64,000 nucleotides of DNA, from the NCBI GenBank assembly GCA_021806565.1, contig JAJZXK010000001.1:100072-164071 (forward strand), read 5' to 3'. Made by a program: the position numbers and the translations under genes. Source of the stretch: Bacillota bacterium. GTDB lineage: Bacteria > Bacillota > Sulfobacillia > RBS10-35 > JAJYVN01. Under the pieces are notes generated by a model, which saw only the letters and a list, made by a program, of their open reading frames with translations, was not told the DNA's origin and did not search any database. Numbering within the stretch: the first letter of the stretch is position 1; every line of letters starts with the position of its first letter. Below are positions 47,164 to 58,166 of the stretch, one piece after another.

Positions 47164-48696
47164 ATGCTGCGGGGCGCGGCAGCCCTGGCGGCCGCGGGAG
47201 TGGCGGCGAAGGTCGGTTCGGCCGTCTACCGCGTGCTGGTCGCACGCTGGCTCGGCGCGGAGGCCATCGGCCTTTATGAGATGGCCGCGCCGGTGCTGGC
47301 CGCGGGTATCAGTATCTGTGGTCTCGGATTGCCGGTGGCGGCTGCCGCGTTGATCGCGGCGGAGTTCGGGCGGGGACGGCGGGGCGAGGCGCTGCGCTTA
47401 CTGCGGGCGAGCCGGCTGCTGCTGCTGGCCTCAGGCGCCGTCGGGGCGGTCGCGGTCGCTGTGATGGCGCCGGCGCTGGCCCACCTGCTCGGCAACCGCG
47501 CGGCGGCGGGTGCCCTGCGCGCGGTTGCCCCCGCCATCGCCCTGGCGGTGCTGCTGGCCGGTGAGAAGTCCTGGCTTCAGGCGAGCGGACGGGTGGCGGC
47601 GTCGGCCGCCGTGGTGGCGGTCGAACAGTTCGGACGCGTGGCCGCGGGCATGGCGGCGGCGCTGCGCTTCGTGTCCGGGGGGCCTCCCGGTCCGGCGGTG
47701 GCGCCGCTGGCCGCCGGGGCGGTGGCGTGGGCCCCGGCGGCCGGTGCCGCCACCGGGCTTGCAGCGGCGTTCGCGGCCGACCGCGCCCTGCCGCCGGCGG
47801 GTCGCGCCGGCAGGGCGCTTGGGCAGGAGGACGGAGCGGCGGACTCCCCGGTTCGCCGCCTCCTGCAGGGGGGCGGACCGAATTGGATCTCCAATGTGGT
47901 GTCCTCCCTGACGGCGGCGGTGGATGCCGCCCTGGTGGCCTGGCGGTTGCGGGTGACGGGACTGGGGGCCGACGCTGCGACGGCCGCGCTCGGCGAGTTG
48001 AACGGCATGGCGCTGCCGCTGGCCACAGCGCCCGCGGTGCTCTTCGGCGCGCTGGCCAGCGCCCTGGTGCCGGCGGTGGCGGCGGACTGGGCGCGCGGCG
48101 ACGCCGCCGCCGCTCGGCAGCGCGGGGCTACGGCGTACTTCTGGGTGTTGGCCGTGGCGACGCCGGCTGCGGTCGGCGTCTGGCAACTGGCACAGCCGTT
48201 GGCCCTGGTGCTGTATCGCAACGTGCACGCCGCTCCGCCGCTGGGCGTGCTCGCGTGGGGCGCGATTCCGCTCGGGCTTTCCTACGTGGCGGCCGCTCTG
48301 GCCAACGCGGTGGGAAGGCCGTCCGACCTGCTTCCGGGTGTGCTGCTCGGTGCCATCGTCAAGTCGGCCCTCGTGCTCATCCTCACCGACGCCCACGGTT
48401 TGGCCCTGCGTGGTGCTGCTCTGGGCATTCTCTGCGGCCTGGGCTCCTCGACGGTTCTGAATGTGCGCGCTGTCTCACGCCAGTCCGGTTGCGCGCCCCC
48501 CTGGCGCACCTGGGTCGCCGTGGTGCTGCCGGCGGCCGGGGCACAGTGGTTGTGCGCCGTTGGTGTGTGGGCTCTGATGCCCGGTGGCGACACCGGCCCG
48601 CGGGTGTTGGGCGCCATGGCCGGCGGCGGCGGCGCGTACGCCCTGGTGTTTGTCGCCGCGCGGCGCCTGTGGCGGTGGCGGGAGACGATGGGGTGA
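47164..48696 (+). CDS. SpoVB/MurJ-family (MOP) flippase
   Basis: LRGAAAL...KVGSAVYRV, GAEAIGLY, GLPVA, VEQFGRV, GMALPL; many TM segments. Confidence 0.8.
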   Translation: MLRGAAALAAAGVAAKVGSAVYRVLVARWLGAEAIGLYEMAAPVLAAGISICGLGLPVAAAALIAAEFGRGRRGEALRLLRASRLLLLASGAVGAVAVAVMAPALAHLLGNRAAAGALRAVAPAIALAVLLAGEKSWLQASGRVAASAAVVAVEQFGRVAAGMAAALRFVSGGPPGPAVAPLAAGAVAWAPAAGAATGLAAAFAADRALPPAGRAGRALGQEDGAADSPVRRLLQGGGPNWISNVVSSLTAAVDAALVAWRLRVTGLGADAATAALGELNGMALPLATAPAVLFGALASALVPAVAADWARGDAAAARQRGATAYFWVLAVATPAAVGVWQLAQPLALVLYRNVHAAPPLGVLAWGAIPLGLSYVAAALANAVGRPSDLLPGVLLGAIVKSALVLILTDAHGLALRGAALGILCGLGSSTVLNVRAVSRQSGCAPPWRTWVAVVLPAAGAQWLCAVGVWALMPGGDTGPRVLGAMAGGGGAYALVFVAARRLWRWRETMG

Positions 48697-48764
48697 AAGT
48701 CCCGGGGATAACCTGTGCGCCGCAGCCGTAGCAATGGGCCATCACGTACCTCGCGAAGGGTGGG

Positions 48765-49535
48765 ATGGGGATGCTGCGACTGCGGTGGCCGGTCGTGGGC
48801 GCGATCGGGGGAGTCCGCTGGAGCGCCGCGGCCGCGGGAGCGGTCGCGATGCTGTTGGTCGGGCTCGGGCTCGGCGGGGCCACGGCCGCCAGCGGAGCCC
48901 CTTCGGCACCGGTCCCGGTACGGGTGTTGCGGGCCGTTCCGGTACCGGTCAAGGCCGTGGCGTTGACCTTCGATGACGGTCCGAGCACGGCGTACACGCC
49001 GGAGATCCTGTCGCTGCTGCAGCAGAACGCGGCCAAGGCGACATTCTTCGTGGTGGGCCGGGAGCTGGTCCGGCATCCCCAACTGGTGCGCCAGGAGGCG
49101 GAGGCCGGCATGGAGGTCGGTAACCACGGCTTCAACCACCTGTCGCTGCGGGGCATGGATCCAGCGGCCATCCAGGCGGAGGTCAAGCCGGTGGAGCAGG
49201 AGATCACAGCGATCACCGGCAACCGCCCCACCCTGTATCGACTGCCACGCGGGCGCAGCGACCCCCGGGCGCTGCGGGCCCTGGCCGACCTGGGCTACAC
49301 GGTGGTCGCCTGGAATGTCGATACACAGGACTACCTGCCTCGCACACCCCAGGCGATCGCGCAACACGTCGAAACACAGGTGCGTCCGGGGAGTATCGTC
49401 ATTTTTCACGACGGGGGCGGCAACCGCAGTGCGACCGTCGCCGCGTTGCGCCTGCTGCTGCCGGTCCTGAAGCAGCGCGGGTATCAGATGGTCACCGTCA
49501 GCCAGTTGCTGGAGTTGGCCACTCCGACCGGTTGA
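48765..49535 (+). CDS. polysaccharide deacetylase (NodB/CE4)
   Basis: ALTFDDGP, ATFF, GNHGFNH, IFHDG; N-terminal anchor. Confidence 0.93.
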   Translation: MGMLRLRWPVVGAIGGVRWSAAAAGAVAMLLVGLGLGGATAASGAPSAPVPVRVLRAVPVPVKAVALTFDDGPSTAYTPEILSLLQQNAAKATFFVVGRELVRHPQLVRQEAEAGMEVGNHGFNHLSLRGMDPAAIQAEVKPVEQEITAITGNRPTLYRLPRGRSDPRALRALADLGYTVVAWNVDTQDYLPRTPQAIAQHVETQVRPGSIVIFHDGGGNRSATVAALRLLLPVLKQRGYQMVTVSQLLELATPTG

Positions 49536-49616
49536 GCGACGAAGCGCAGGATCCGGGACGCGGACGCGGGGGCGGCCGACTCTGCCAGGCACACTGGACG
49601 GCCGGTTCCCCGTAGC

Positions 49617-50813
49617 ATGGCGGCGCAGCGGTCTTCGAGGGGGGAATGCCCGGTGTCCGTCACCCTGTCGGAGTCTTGGCAGTGCGCCGCCGGCCCGGTC
49701 CGTGTCCGCGAAGCCCGCGGCGCAGAGGCCGGCGTCTATGACGCCTTCGTCGCGCCCCACCCACAGGGGGGCATCCTGCAGTCCTGGGCTTGGGGTGAGT
49801 TGCGGGCGCTGCAGCACTGGGCGCCGGTACGCCTCTTGGCCCGCGACGCCGCCGGCCGCGTCTGCGGCGCGGCCCTGGTCCTCTGCCGGGAACTACCCAT
49901 CGGAGCCAGCCTGCTCTACCTGCCCCGAGGACCGGTTCTCGACTACCGCGATGACCGCACCCTGGATGCCCTTGTCTCGGCGCTGCGGCGGCTGGGGGAG
50001 CGGCGGCGCGCCGTCCTGTGTAAGATCGACCCGCCGGTGACACCACCAGACCCTCGGGTGCTGAAGGCTCTGACGGCGCGCGGCTTTGTCATCGGCCACC
50101 GACGGGGGCGCTTCGAGGGGATGCAGCCCCGTTACAGCGTGGTCGTCCCGCTGGATGGTGGGGCGGACGCGGTCCTGGCGCGCTGCCACGCCAAGACCCG
50201 CTACAACATCCGTCTGGCGCAGCGGCGCGGTGTGCAGGTGCGGCGGGGTTCTCGAGAAGACCTTGCCGTCTTCCACCACCTATTGGATGTCACATGCGCC
50301 CGCAACGGATTTGCGGAGCGGCGCCTACCCTACTTCGAACAGGTCTGGGATGCCCTGGCCCCGGGCGGCAACCTGGAGCTCTATCTGGCCAGCCATGAGG
50401 GTGAGGATGTCGCCGCCGGCATACTCTTCCGCTATGGCGACAAGGCGGTCTACGCCTATGGCGCGTCGGCCGACACCCGCCGCGACGTGATGGCGCCTTA
50501 TGCGGTGCAGTGGACGATGATCAGCCGCGCCATCGCCTGCGGCTGCACGAGCTACGACATGACGGGTGTACCGCGCCAGCTGTCCCCGGATCAACCCGGT
50601 TACGGCCTCTATCGCTTCAAGCGCGGCTTCTGGCCCGATGTCAGCGTATACGCCGGTGAGTACGACCTGCCGTTGCAGCCGGCGCTGTACCGCCTGTGGC
50701 AGGTCGTCGAACCGGCCTACTGGGGATGGAACGTGTGGGTGCACCGCACGCTGAAGGCGCTTGCGGCCACCCGCCCACTCGAAGGCCTTCCCCCGGCCAC
50801 GCGCGCGGGCTGA
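49617..50813 (+). CDS. FemAB/FemX-family peptidoglycan bridge peptidyltransferase
   Basis: LQSWAWG, YLPRGP, KIDP, KTRYNIR, YAYGAS, GLYRFKRGF. Confidence 0.92.
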   Translation: MAAQRSSRGECPVSVTLSESWQCAAGPVRVREARGAEAGVYDAFVAPHPQGGILQSWAWGELRALQHWAPVRLLARDAAGRVCGAALVLCRELPIGASLLYLPRGPVLDYRDDRTLDALVSALRRLGERRRAVLCKIDPPVTPPDPRVLKALTARGFVIGHRRGRFEGMQPRYSVVVPLDGGADAVLARCHAKTRYNIRLAQRRGVQVRRGSREDLAVFHHLLDVTCARNGFAERRLPYFEQVWDALAPGGNLELYLASHEGEDVAAGILFRYGDKAVYAYGASADTRRDVMAPYAVQWTMISRAIACGCTSYDMTGVPRQLSPDQPGYGLYRFKRGFWPDVSVYAGEYDLPLQPALYRLWQVVEPAYWGWNVWVHRTLKALAATRPLEGLPPATRAG

Positions 50814-50822
50814 GCGCGCGCG

Positions 50823-51323
50823 TCAGTCACTCGTGAGGTTCCGGTAGCGGCCGCCATACCACAGCAGGGGCGGGGTGTCCGCGAGCGCCTGGGCGTGCGC
50901 CACGCGGCCGACGAAGATCGTGTGGTCCCCGCCGGCGATATCGGCCTCCAGGGTGCACTCGAGGTAGCCGAGCGCGCCGGCGAAGACGGGATGGCCGGCT
51001 GGGGAGCGGTCCAGTTCAAGATCCATAAACGGATCGGCCACATCCGGCCGCATACCCGCGAACCGTGCCGAGACCTCCGCCTGGTCGGCGGCGAGCAGGT
51101 TGACCGCGAATCCCCCCGCGTCGGGGATGGCCTGGTGGGCGACCGCGTCCTTTTTGATACAGATCAGGCACAGCGGCGGATCGAGGGACAGCGAGGTGAA
51201 GGAATTCACGGTGATCCCGTGACGACCCCTGGGTCCGTGGCTCGTCACCACGGTCACCCCCGTCGCCCACCGCCGCATCACCTGTCGCAGATCCTGTCCA
51301 CTTACCGCCATCGCTGTTCCCAT
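50823..51323 (-). CDS. flavin reductase family protein
   Basis: ATGVTVVT, SFTSLSLDPPL, GDHTIFVGRV. Confidence 0.93.
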   Translation of the reverse strand: MGTAMAVSGQDLRQVMRRWATGVTVVTSHGPRGRHGITVNSFTSLSLDPPLCLICIKKDAVAHQAIPDAGGFAVNLLAADQAEVSARFAGMRPDVADPFMDLELDRSPAGHPVFAGALGYLECTLEADIAGGDHTIFVGRVAHAQALADTPPLLWYGGRYRNLTSD

Positions 51324-51357
51324 CCTCCTGTGCGATCCGGCTTGACGCGGACCGCAG

Positions 51358-52425
51358 CTATTCGCGGGTCGTCACCTTTTCGATGCGTTCGAACCGACCC
51401 GGGACCACGCCGCGGCGCAGGGCGAGGGCGTGTCCCAGCCATTGCACCACCGCCACGTCCAAAAGGGGTTCGGTGCCGGCGGGCGCGGGTGGGAGCGCGA
51501 TGGTGGGCACCCGCGTCGCGGGCGCTGCGTCCGGCGCGATCGCCACCACTTCCATGCCGTAGCCGCCGAGTTCCTCGGCGAGGTCCAGGTCGAGGCGGCC
51601 GATGTCGCCTGGTGACACAAACAGCAGGGCGTGGCGGCCAGGCAGGGCACCTTCCAGCGGCCCGTGCCGGAAGGCCGGCACGCTCATGCCCTCGCTGTGC
51701 AGCCGGTTGGACTCCTTGAGCATCAGGGCTCCTCCCAGCGCCGCCGCCAGCGCGGGGCCGCGTCCGAGCAACCAAAGGTGCTGCGCGCCGGCCATCCGGC
51801 GGGTCAGGTCGGTAAGCCAGTTGCCCCGCGCGTCGTTGAGCCGTTGCAGGGCGTCCGCCGCCGCGTCCCAGCGGGCCCTGGCGCCTTCCTGTCCCACCGC
51901 CGCCGCGGCGAGGGCGTCCGCCGCCGCCAGCGTGCTGGTGTGGGTCTTGGTGGCGCAACCGGCCTCGGGCCCGGATTTCAGTGCCAGGGTGATGGCGGCG
52001 CTGCGGCCGAGCGGGCTGTCCGGGGCGTTGGTGATCGCCAGCAGGCAGGCGCCGGCAGCGGTCACCGCCTCCGCCAGCCGGACCACCTCCGCGCTGCGAC
52101 CCGACTGGGAGGCGCAAAGCACGGCGGTGTCCGGGTCGAGCCGGCCCGCGGCGTGGTGGAGCAGTTCGCCGGTTTCGATCCAGGTACCGGCCCCACCCGC
52201 GTCCAGATGGCGCAGGTAGGCGGGATACAGCGCATAGAGCGAAGCGCCCATCCCGGTCCACAGCACGCGCCGCGCGGAGGCCAGGCGCGATGCGGCCCGG
52301 GCGAGTTCGCCGCCGGCTTCGATACCATCCAGTGTGTCGCGCAGTGATCGCGACTGGTCGAGAATGTCGCGACCGAGGTCGTCCGACGGTGGTTTCCCAC
52401 CACCGGTGTCGGGACCGCTCCGCAC
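51358..52425 (-). CDS. SIS-domain sugar-phosphate isomerase/deglycase-like protein
   Basis: GMGAS, SQSGRS, ITN, LMLKE, FRHGP; RBS AAGGAGG. Confidence 0.85.
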   Translation of the reverse strand: MRSGPDTGGGKPPSDDLGRDILDQSRSLRDTLDGIEAGGELARAASRLASARRVLWTGMGASLYALYPAYLRHLDAGGAGTWIETGELLHHAAGRLDPDTAVLCASQSGRSAEVVRLAEAVTAAGACLLAITNAPDSPLGRSAAITLALKSGPEAGCATKTHTSTLAAADALAAAAVGQEGARARWDAAADALQRLNDARGNWLTDLTRRMAGAQHLWLLGRGPALAAALGGALMLKESNRLHSEGMSVPAFRHGPLEGALPGRHALLFVSPGDIGRLDLDLAEELGGYGMEVVAIAPDAAPATRVPTIALPPAPAGTEPLLDVAVVQWLGHALALRRGVVPGRFERIEKVTTRE

Positions 52426-52502
52426 GAGTACTCCCTCCTTGTGCGTCGCGTTTCGGCGCAGGCCGTTCGGCTCCCTGCCGTCGGCCGGCGCCGAGCGGGA
52501 GG

Positions 52503-54575
52503 TCACGCCGACGGTGGCTCGACCCCGGTCGCGTGTTGGCCGGCCGGGGCCATGGGAGACGGACGGTCCGCCTCCGCCAAGGCGGCGATGCCCGCATCGA
52601 GCGTGCGTACGATCGCGTCCACATCATACACACACCCGCCCCAAGTCCCGCCCCCGACGGCCTGCAGTGCCGCCCAGAGGCGGGTGTCCTGCGGCAGACC
52701 CGGTGCCGGTGCCAGGCCCGGGTGCGGCGGTCGGTCGGTCAGCACGGCCGCCGCTTCCTCCGGCGTCCACGCCTGCGCGCCGTGCCCGACGAGTTGTACG
52801 TGGCCCTCCAGGCGGCCACGGTCGATGACGATCTCGATGCGGTCGCCGTCGCGCAACCTGCCAACCGGCCCACCGGCCAGCGCCTCTGGTCCGATGTGTC
52901 CGATGCACGGACCGGTGGAGACACCCGAAAAGCGCGCGTCGGTGATCAGGGCCACCTCGCGTCCGAACGGCAGGAATTTGAGCGCCGACGTCAGTTGATA
53001 GGTCTCCTCCATTCCCGTGCCGAGCGGGCCCGCGCCGATGAGCACCAGGACATCGCCCGGGCGGATCGCATCGTCGCCGCGGCTCTTGAGGGCGCGGATG
53101 GCGGCACGTTCGCTGGTGAAGACCCGCGCCGGCCCGGTGTGCCGGTACACCCCGTCGGCGTCCACCACCGAGGGGTCGATCGCGGTGCTCTTGATCACGG
53201 AGCCCTCGGGGCAGAGGTTTCCGACGGGGAAGGTGATCGTCGAGGTCAGTCCGCGCCGGCGTGCCGCATCCGGATCCATGATGACCTGGTCGGGGTCGAC
53301 CCCGTCGGCTTCTCGCAGGCGGCGGCGCAGGCCGGCCCTGCGCTCGGAGTCCTCCCACCAGTCGAGGACATCGTCCAGACTCAAGCCGCTGACGGTGCGG
53401 CAGGCGGTCTCAAGCAACCCAAGCCGGCGCAGGTGCAGCATGACCTCCGGCACGCCGCCGGCGAGAAAGACGCGCACCGTCGGGTGGTTTTCCGGTCCGT
53501 TGGGCAGGACGTCTACCAGGCGCGGGGTCTGGCGGTTGACGGCCACCCAGTCGGCGGCGGTCGGCCGGCGCAGGCCGGCGGCGTGCGCGATCGCCGGCAC
53601 GTGCAGCAACAGATTGGTGGAGCCACCGAAGGCCGCATGCAGGACCATGGCGTTTTGTAAGGCCCGTCCATCCAGGATGTCCGCGCCGGTCCAGCCGGCC
53701 GCCTCCAGGGCCACCAGGGCCTGTGCCGAGCGGCGGGCCGTATCCAGCCAGACCTCCTGGCCGGAAGGCGCGAGTGCGGCGTGGGGCAGGCTCAGTCCGA
53801 GTGCTTCGCCGACGACCTGCGTGGTGGCCGCGGTGCCGAGGAACTGGCAGCCGCCGCCCGGGGAGGCGCAGGCGTGGCAGCCCAGCGACGCCGCATCCTC
53901 AAGGCTGATCTCGCCGTGGGCGAAGCGGGCGCCGATGGTTTGCACGGTGCCGGCGTCCTCTCCCTGCAGTGGCGGCAGGGTGACCCCGCCCGGCACCAGG
54001 ATGCACGGCAGGTCGCGCGTGGCGGCCAGGGCCATCAGCATCGCCGGCAGTCCCTTGTCGCAGGTGGCGACCCCCAGCACCCCGCGCCGGGTGGGCAGGG
54101 AGCGGATCAGGCGCCGCAGCACGATGGCCGCGTCGTTGCGGAACGGCAGGCTGTCCATCATCGCGGTCGTTCCCTGGCTGCGGCCGTCGCACGGATCGGT
54201 GCAGGCCGCCGCGTACGGAATGGCGTCGCGGGCCCGCAGCTCCCGCGCCGCTGCCGCGACGAGCAGTCCGACCTCCCAGTGGCCGGTATGGTAGCCCAGC
54301 GCCAGGGGGCTGCCGTCCGGGGCGCGCAGACCACCCTGGGTTGACAGCAGCAGGAAGGCCTTGCGCCGCAAATCGGCCGGATTCCAACCCATGCCCGCAT
54401 CCTGGCTCCAACCGAACAGGTCGCCGCTGGGGGCGGTTCGCAGGGTCTCCTCGTCCAGCGGCAGGCTGCCTTCCGGGCCCGGGGCCGCGGTGCGCACCTC
54501 GCGCGCGGCCGGGCATCCGGGCGTGTCGAACACGCCGCCCAGCAGGGCGGACGCGTCAGGGATGGGTGCAGGCAA
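52503..54575 (-). CDS. YjhG/YagF-family sugar-acid (xylonate-type) dehydratase
   Basis: [49 protein letters not shown]. Confidence 0.88.
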   Translation of the reverse strand: MPAPIPDASALLGGVFDTPGCPAAREVRTAAPGPEGSLPLDEETLRTAPSGDLFGWSQDAGMGWNPADLRRKAFLLLSTQGGLRAPDGSPLALGYHTGHWEVGLLVAAAARELRARDAIPYAAACTDPCDGRSQGTTAMMDSLPFRNDAAIVLRRLIRSLPTRRGVLGVATCDKGLPAMLMALAATRDLPCILVPGGVTLPPLQGEDAGTVQTIGARFAHGEISLEDAASLGCHACASPGGGCQFLGTAATTQVVGEALGLSLPHAALAPSGQEVWLDTARRSAQALVALEAAGWTGADILDGRALQNAMVLHAAFGGSTNLLLHVPAIAHAAGLRRPTAADWVAVNRQTPRLVDVLPNGPENHPTVRVFLAGGVPEVMLHLRRLGLLETACRTVSGLSLDDVLDWWEDSERRAGLRRRLREADGVDPDQVIMDPDAARRRGLTSTITFPVGNLCPEGSVIKSTAIDPSVVDADGVYRHTGPARVFTSERAAIRALKSRGDDAIRPGDVLVLIGAGPLGTGMEETYQLTSALKFLPFGREVALITDARFSGVSTGPCIGHIGPEALAGGPVGRLRDGDRIEIVIDRGRLEGHVQLVGHGAQAWTPEEAAAVLTDRPPHPGLAPAPGLPQDTRLWAALQAVGGGTWGGCVYDVDAIVRTLDAGIAALAEADRPSPMAPAGQHATGVEPPSA

Positions 54576-54595
54576 CTGCTTCAACCTCCTCGGGT

Positions 54596-54856
54596 TCAGC
54601 GGCGGAGCAGGGTTTGCCAGATACGGTAGGCCAGCAGTACCAGGACCGCCATGGCGGCGAGACTCACGATCAAGAGTGCGACCGCGGCGGCCAGACCGAG
54701 CAGGGGCAGGACGGCGATGCCGACCAGCGCACCCGCCACCGCACCGTACACCGCACCGCGGACTCTGACCAGTCCGAACCGTGCCAGGGCGGCCGCGGGG
54801 ACGGCAAGGGAGAGTAGCGCCCCGGCGGCGGAGAGGACCAGGATCAGGTCTGCCAT
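54596..54856 (-). CDS. small hydrophobic membrane protein
   Basis: RBS GGAGGT; three TM-like segments. Confidence 0.6.
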   Translation of the reverse strand: MADLILVLSAAGALLSLAVPAAALARFGLVRVRGAVYGAVAGALVGIAVLPLLGLAAAVALLIVSLAAMAVLVLLAYRIWQTLLRR

Positions 54857-55199
54857 GCGTGCCACCTCCGTATCCTGAACGCGAGGCGTGGGGGACCGCC
54901 GCCTTGAGGCGATGAGGGCCTCGTGGCACCTCGCGGTGCACCGAGTCTTTCAAGCGCGTCCGTGCCGTGGAGCCAGGCACCGCGCCCTCCCCCAGAGCGA
55001 CGGCCGCCGATTCGGGTGGACGAGCCGTCGGATTCAGCCGCTGCTGCTTGACACGCTCACTTATTCTACGGCCCCGGGCCCTGCCCGGCGAGCCAGGCTC
55101 CGTCGTCCGCCGTCGTTTGCCGCCGAGCACCTGCGCCATCTGGGGGCGGGAGGGTCTGCGGCCGCCGCAGAAGCCCCATGGACGAAAGGGGCGGCCGCG

Positions 55200-56600
55200 A
55201 TGAAACAGGAGCCCGGCGGGGTGCGGTCCGTCGCCGATGCCCTGCGTTACGACTGGGCCTCGACGCTGGCATGGGCGGTCCCGGGCGGCCCGTGGGAGAT
55301 GGAGGGGCTTGCGGCGCGCGCGGTCGAACTGGCGGTCGAATCCCCACGCACGCCCTGGACGGTATTGGCACTGGTTGAGGACGCTCCACTGTGCGGCCGC
55401 TTGGCCAACCTGCATATCGCGATCTCTGCGCTGGCGTGGGCCAAGGAAGCCGGGCGCCGCCTCGGCCGGCCGGTGGCGCCCACCGTGTGCCTGCTGCCCG
55501 GCCGCCGCCGCGCCATGGGGCCGCTGTACGCCGTGGGTGCCCGGGGCGAGTTGCGCCGTATGAGCGCGCCGGAGGGAGGGCCGCGGGCGGGGTTGGCCCT
55601 GACCGGAGCCGTGGCGGAGGTCTGCCACCGCGATTGGCCGGTGGCGCGGCGGGCCTTGGCCGAAGCCGCCGCCGCCGGCGGCGACGTCGACGCGGGATGG
55701 GCCTTGCGGATTTGGCGCGGTTTGCTGGAGCCACTGGGCTGCACCGTCTGGCACGCCGGCCTGCCGCCCCTGGCCGCCGCCCTGACGGCCGCACGCTCGA
55801 CGGTGCGGGCGCGATCCGCCGACATCGCCGCCGATGTCGCCGCCGCCGCCCGGCGCTTGACGCTGAGCGGTCTCGGCGTCGCAGCCCCGGGCCAGGCATT
55901 GAACGCCGCGTTCGCCTCCGGTCTGGACGGGCACGGGGGGCTGTTGTTGCTGCTGTCGATCTGCCTACGCCCGCTGGGGATGGTGGCCGACGACGACGAC
56001 CTGGGCGTCTTGGCCCAGCTTTCCGGGGCGGCCGCGCGGTTCACGGGCGGACGCCCGGCGCTCCGGCCGCGTCCGCGACACACCCTGGTCCCGCCGGCCG
56101 CCGCCGCGTTCGCCCGTGCCCACGGCGCCCCGCTGGCGGATGGTCCCGGGGCCCTGCGCGCGGCCCGGGACCGCGCCCTCCTGGGACGCGGCAGCCCCCG
56201 GGTGCAACGCCGCCTCCACGACCTGGACCGCAGTTTGGCGGCCGCCCTGACTGAACTCGAGCAGGCGGTGTCGACGGAGTTGCCGCGCGCCGGCGGTCTG
56301 GTGGCCGCGCGCGGCGAGCGTCTGCGCCACGGTGTCGGCCTGCTGAGGGCCGAACTCGCCGCGCGCGAACGTGGTCGCCAGACCGCCCTCGCCGCGGCCT
56401 GGCGCTATCTGGCCAACACCCTCTACCCGCTCGACCACGATCAGGAGGAGTGGCTGGCCGCCTACCCGTGGCTGGCCGCAGGGGCGGGGGGCCTGCTGGC
56501 GCGGCTGCTTCGAGAAGCGGCGGGGGCGGAGCGGCGATGGGTGTGCTGGCCGGAACCCGGCGCCCGCGCGGTGGGGGTGGCGCCGCGCCGGCCGGCATAG
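55200..56600 (+). CDS. highly divergent BshC-like protein
   Basis: [24 protein letters not shown]...PALRPR, coiled coil and LANTLYP...QE are colinear with BshC as I recall it, but the GQQ, EDHD and GPGE motifs are substituted. Confidence 0.55.
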   Translation: MKQEPGGVRSVADALRYDWASTLAWAVPGGPWEMEGLAARAVELAVESPRTPWTVLALVEDAPLCGRLANLHIAISALAWAKEAGRRLGRPVAPTVCLLPGRRRAMGPLYAVGARGELRRMSAPEGGPRAGLALTGAVAEVCHRDWPVARRALAEAAAAGGDVDAGWALRIWRGLLEPLGCTVWHAGLPPLAAALTAARSTVRARSADIAADVAAAARRLTLSGLGVAAPGQALNAAFASGLDGHGGLLLLLSICLRPLGMVADDDDLGVLAQLSGAAARFTGGRPALRPRPRHTLVPPAAAAFARAHGAPLADGPGALRAARDRALLGRGSPRVQRRLHDLDRSLAAALTELEQAVSTELPRAGGLVAARGERLRHGVGLLRAELAARERGRQTALAAAWRYLANTLYPLDHDQEEWLAAYPWLAAGAGGLLARLLREAAGAERRWVCWPEPGARAVGVAPRRPA

Positions 56601-56608
56601 ACTGGTGC

Positions 56609-57445
56609 ATGATGCAGGTGAGCGTGATTCTGCCGGCCCGCAATGAGACGCGCCTCGCCGCGACCCTGCGCAGTTTGGCCGCGACCCCGGCCGGGGTCGG
56701 CTTCGAAGCGATCGTCGTCGACGACGGCAGTTCCCCTCCTGTGGATACGGGTGGCGGGCTCGGGCTGGCGCTGCGGCAGGTCCGGACGGCGGGCGAGGGC
56801 GCGGCGGCGGCACGCAATCGCGGTGCGGCGTTGGCGGCGGGCGACGTGCTTTGCTTTTGTGACGCGCACCTCGAGTTCCGCGCCGGATGGCTCGGGACGC
56901 TCGTGGCGGCGCTGCAGGCCTTCGACGCGGTGAGCCCCGGGATCGCTTCCGGCGACGGCGCCGTCGGCTATGGCTGCACATGGGGCCCGGACTTCCGTAT
57001 TGAGTGGTTGGGGCGGCCGCAGGGCCTGTGCGAGGTACCCTTCTTGCCGGGCGGCTGCCTGGCGGTGCGGCGAAACGTCTTTCACCGCGTCGGCGGCTTT
57101 GACGCGGGCCTGGTGCCCTGGGGCCACGAGGACGCCGAACTGTCCTGGGCGTTGTGGCGGTGCGGGGCAAGGCTCGGAGTCGAGCCGGCGGCGACCGTCG
57201 TCCACCACTTCCGGACCCGCCACCCGTATCTGGTGTTGCAGGACCAGGTGGACCGCAATCTGCTACGTTTGGGCTGCGTCCACTTCGGTGCCGCGCGCCT
57301 GTCGAGGCTGGCGGCCCACCTGCGGGCGGGGCCCGCGGCGTTGGCGTCGGTATGGCGCGAGGCAGACGCGCGGCGTCGCCACCTCGCCGCCCTGCAGTGC
57401 TACGATGATGATTGGGTGTGCAACCGCTTCCACCTTCCGCTGTGA
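56609..57445 (+). CDS. glycosyltransferase family 2
   Basis: VSVILPARNE, VVDDGS, ARNRGA, FCDAH, GGFD, GHEDAE. Confidence 0.92.
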   Translation: MMQVSVILPARNETRLAATLRSLAATPAGVGFEAIVVDDGSSPPVDTGGGLGLALRQVRTAGEGAAAARNRGAALAAGDVLCFCDAHLEFRAGWLGTLVAALQAFDAVSPGIASGDGAVGYGCTWGPDFRIEWLGRPQGLCEVPFLPGGCLAVRRNVFHRVGGFDAGLVPWGHEDAELSWALWRCGARLGVEPAATVVHHFRTRHPYLVLQDQVDRNLLRLGCVHFGAARLSRLAAHLRAGPAALASVWREADARRRHLAALQCYDDDWVCNRFHLPL

Positions 57446-57617
57446 GGTCCGGCCGCGCCAGGGTCCGGCGCTTGCTGGGCGGCCGTTCGCCGGGGCCACG
57501 CGCGCCTGGAGCGGAGGCCAGCGATCTCCAGCAACGACGCAGATTGCCACCCTGCGGCGGGCGATCCACCGCTATAATTGCGCTGGCGCCAGTGTCGCGC
57601 CGGGGGACGGTGGGGCT

Positions 57618-58166
57618 GTGCGGGCTTACGGCGCGCGGTTACCGGTCGTGCTCGGGGCGATGGCAACCGTCCTGGCGGTATTGTTCGGCCTGCAGTTTCT
57701 GTATGCGCGTCAGGCCGTCGTGCTGCCTCTGAGCACGCAACTGCGCCAGACACCCGGGGTCAGTGGTCAGCCGGTCGTCCGCCAGAGCGGGGGGAGCCTG
57801 CACATCCGGGTGCGCCTCCAGCAGGTGCCCGATCTGCGCGCGACCTACCACCAACTCCTGTCTGTCGTGCGCGCGGCGGCGGGTGGGCGGACGGTCCACC
57901 TGCGGGTGCAGGATAGCGCCACCGCGGCGCTGCGCGCGGATTTCTACCGGAAGTTGAACTTCATCATCGACCAGGGCCGGGCGACCGGCCAGTATGTGCA
58001 GATGCGGCAGGCCTTCTTGGCCGCGAGCCGCAGCCTGGGCCTCTCCGATGCACAACTGACGGTGGGGGAGGCGCACGTGTACGTGGCATTGACACAGGGT
58101 TCACACGACCTATACGAGATTCTGCCACTGCGCCTGCCGGCGGCGGCCGCCGGTGGTGCCGGATGA
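57618..58166 (+). CDS. hypothetical membrane-anchored protein coupled to the FtsH paralog
   Basis: N-terminal TM; stop overlaps the next ATG; TATAAT at 57573. Confidence 0.7.
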   Translation: MRAYGARLPVVLGAMATVLAVLFGLQFLYARQAVVLPLSTQLRQTPGVSGQPVVRQSGGSLHIRVRLQQVPDLRATYHQLLSVVRAAAGGRTVHLRVQDSATAALRADFYRKLNFIIDQGRATGQYVQMRQAFLAASRSLGLSDAQLTVGEAHVYVALTQGSHDLYEILPLRLPAAAAGGAG

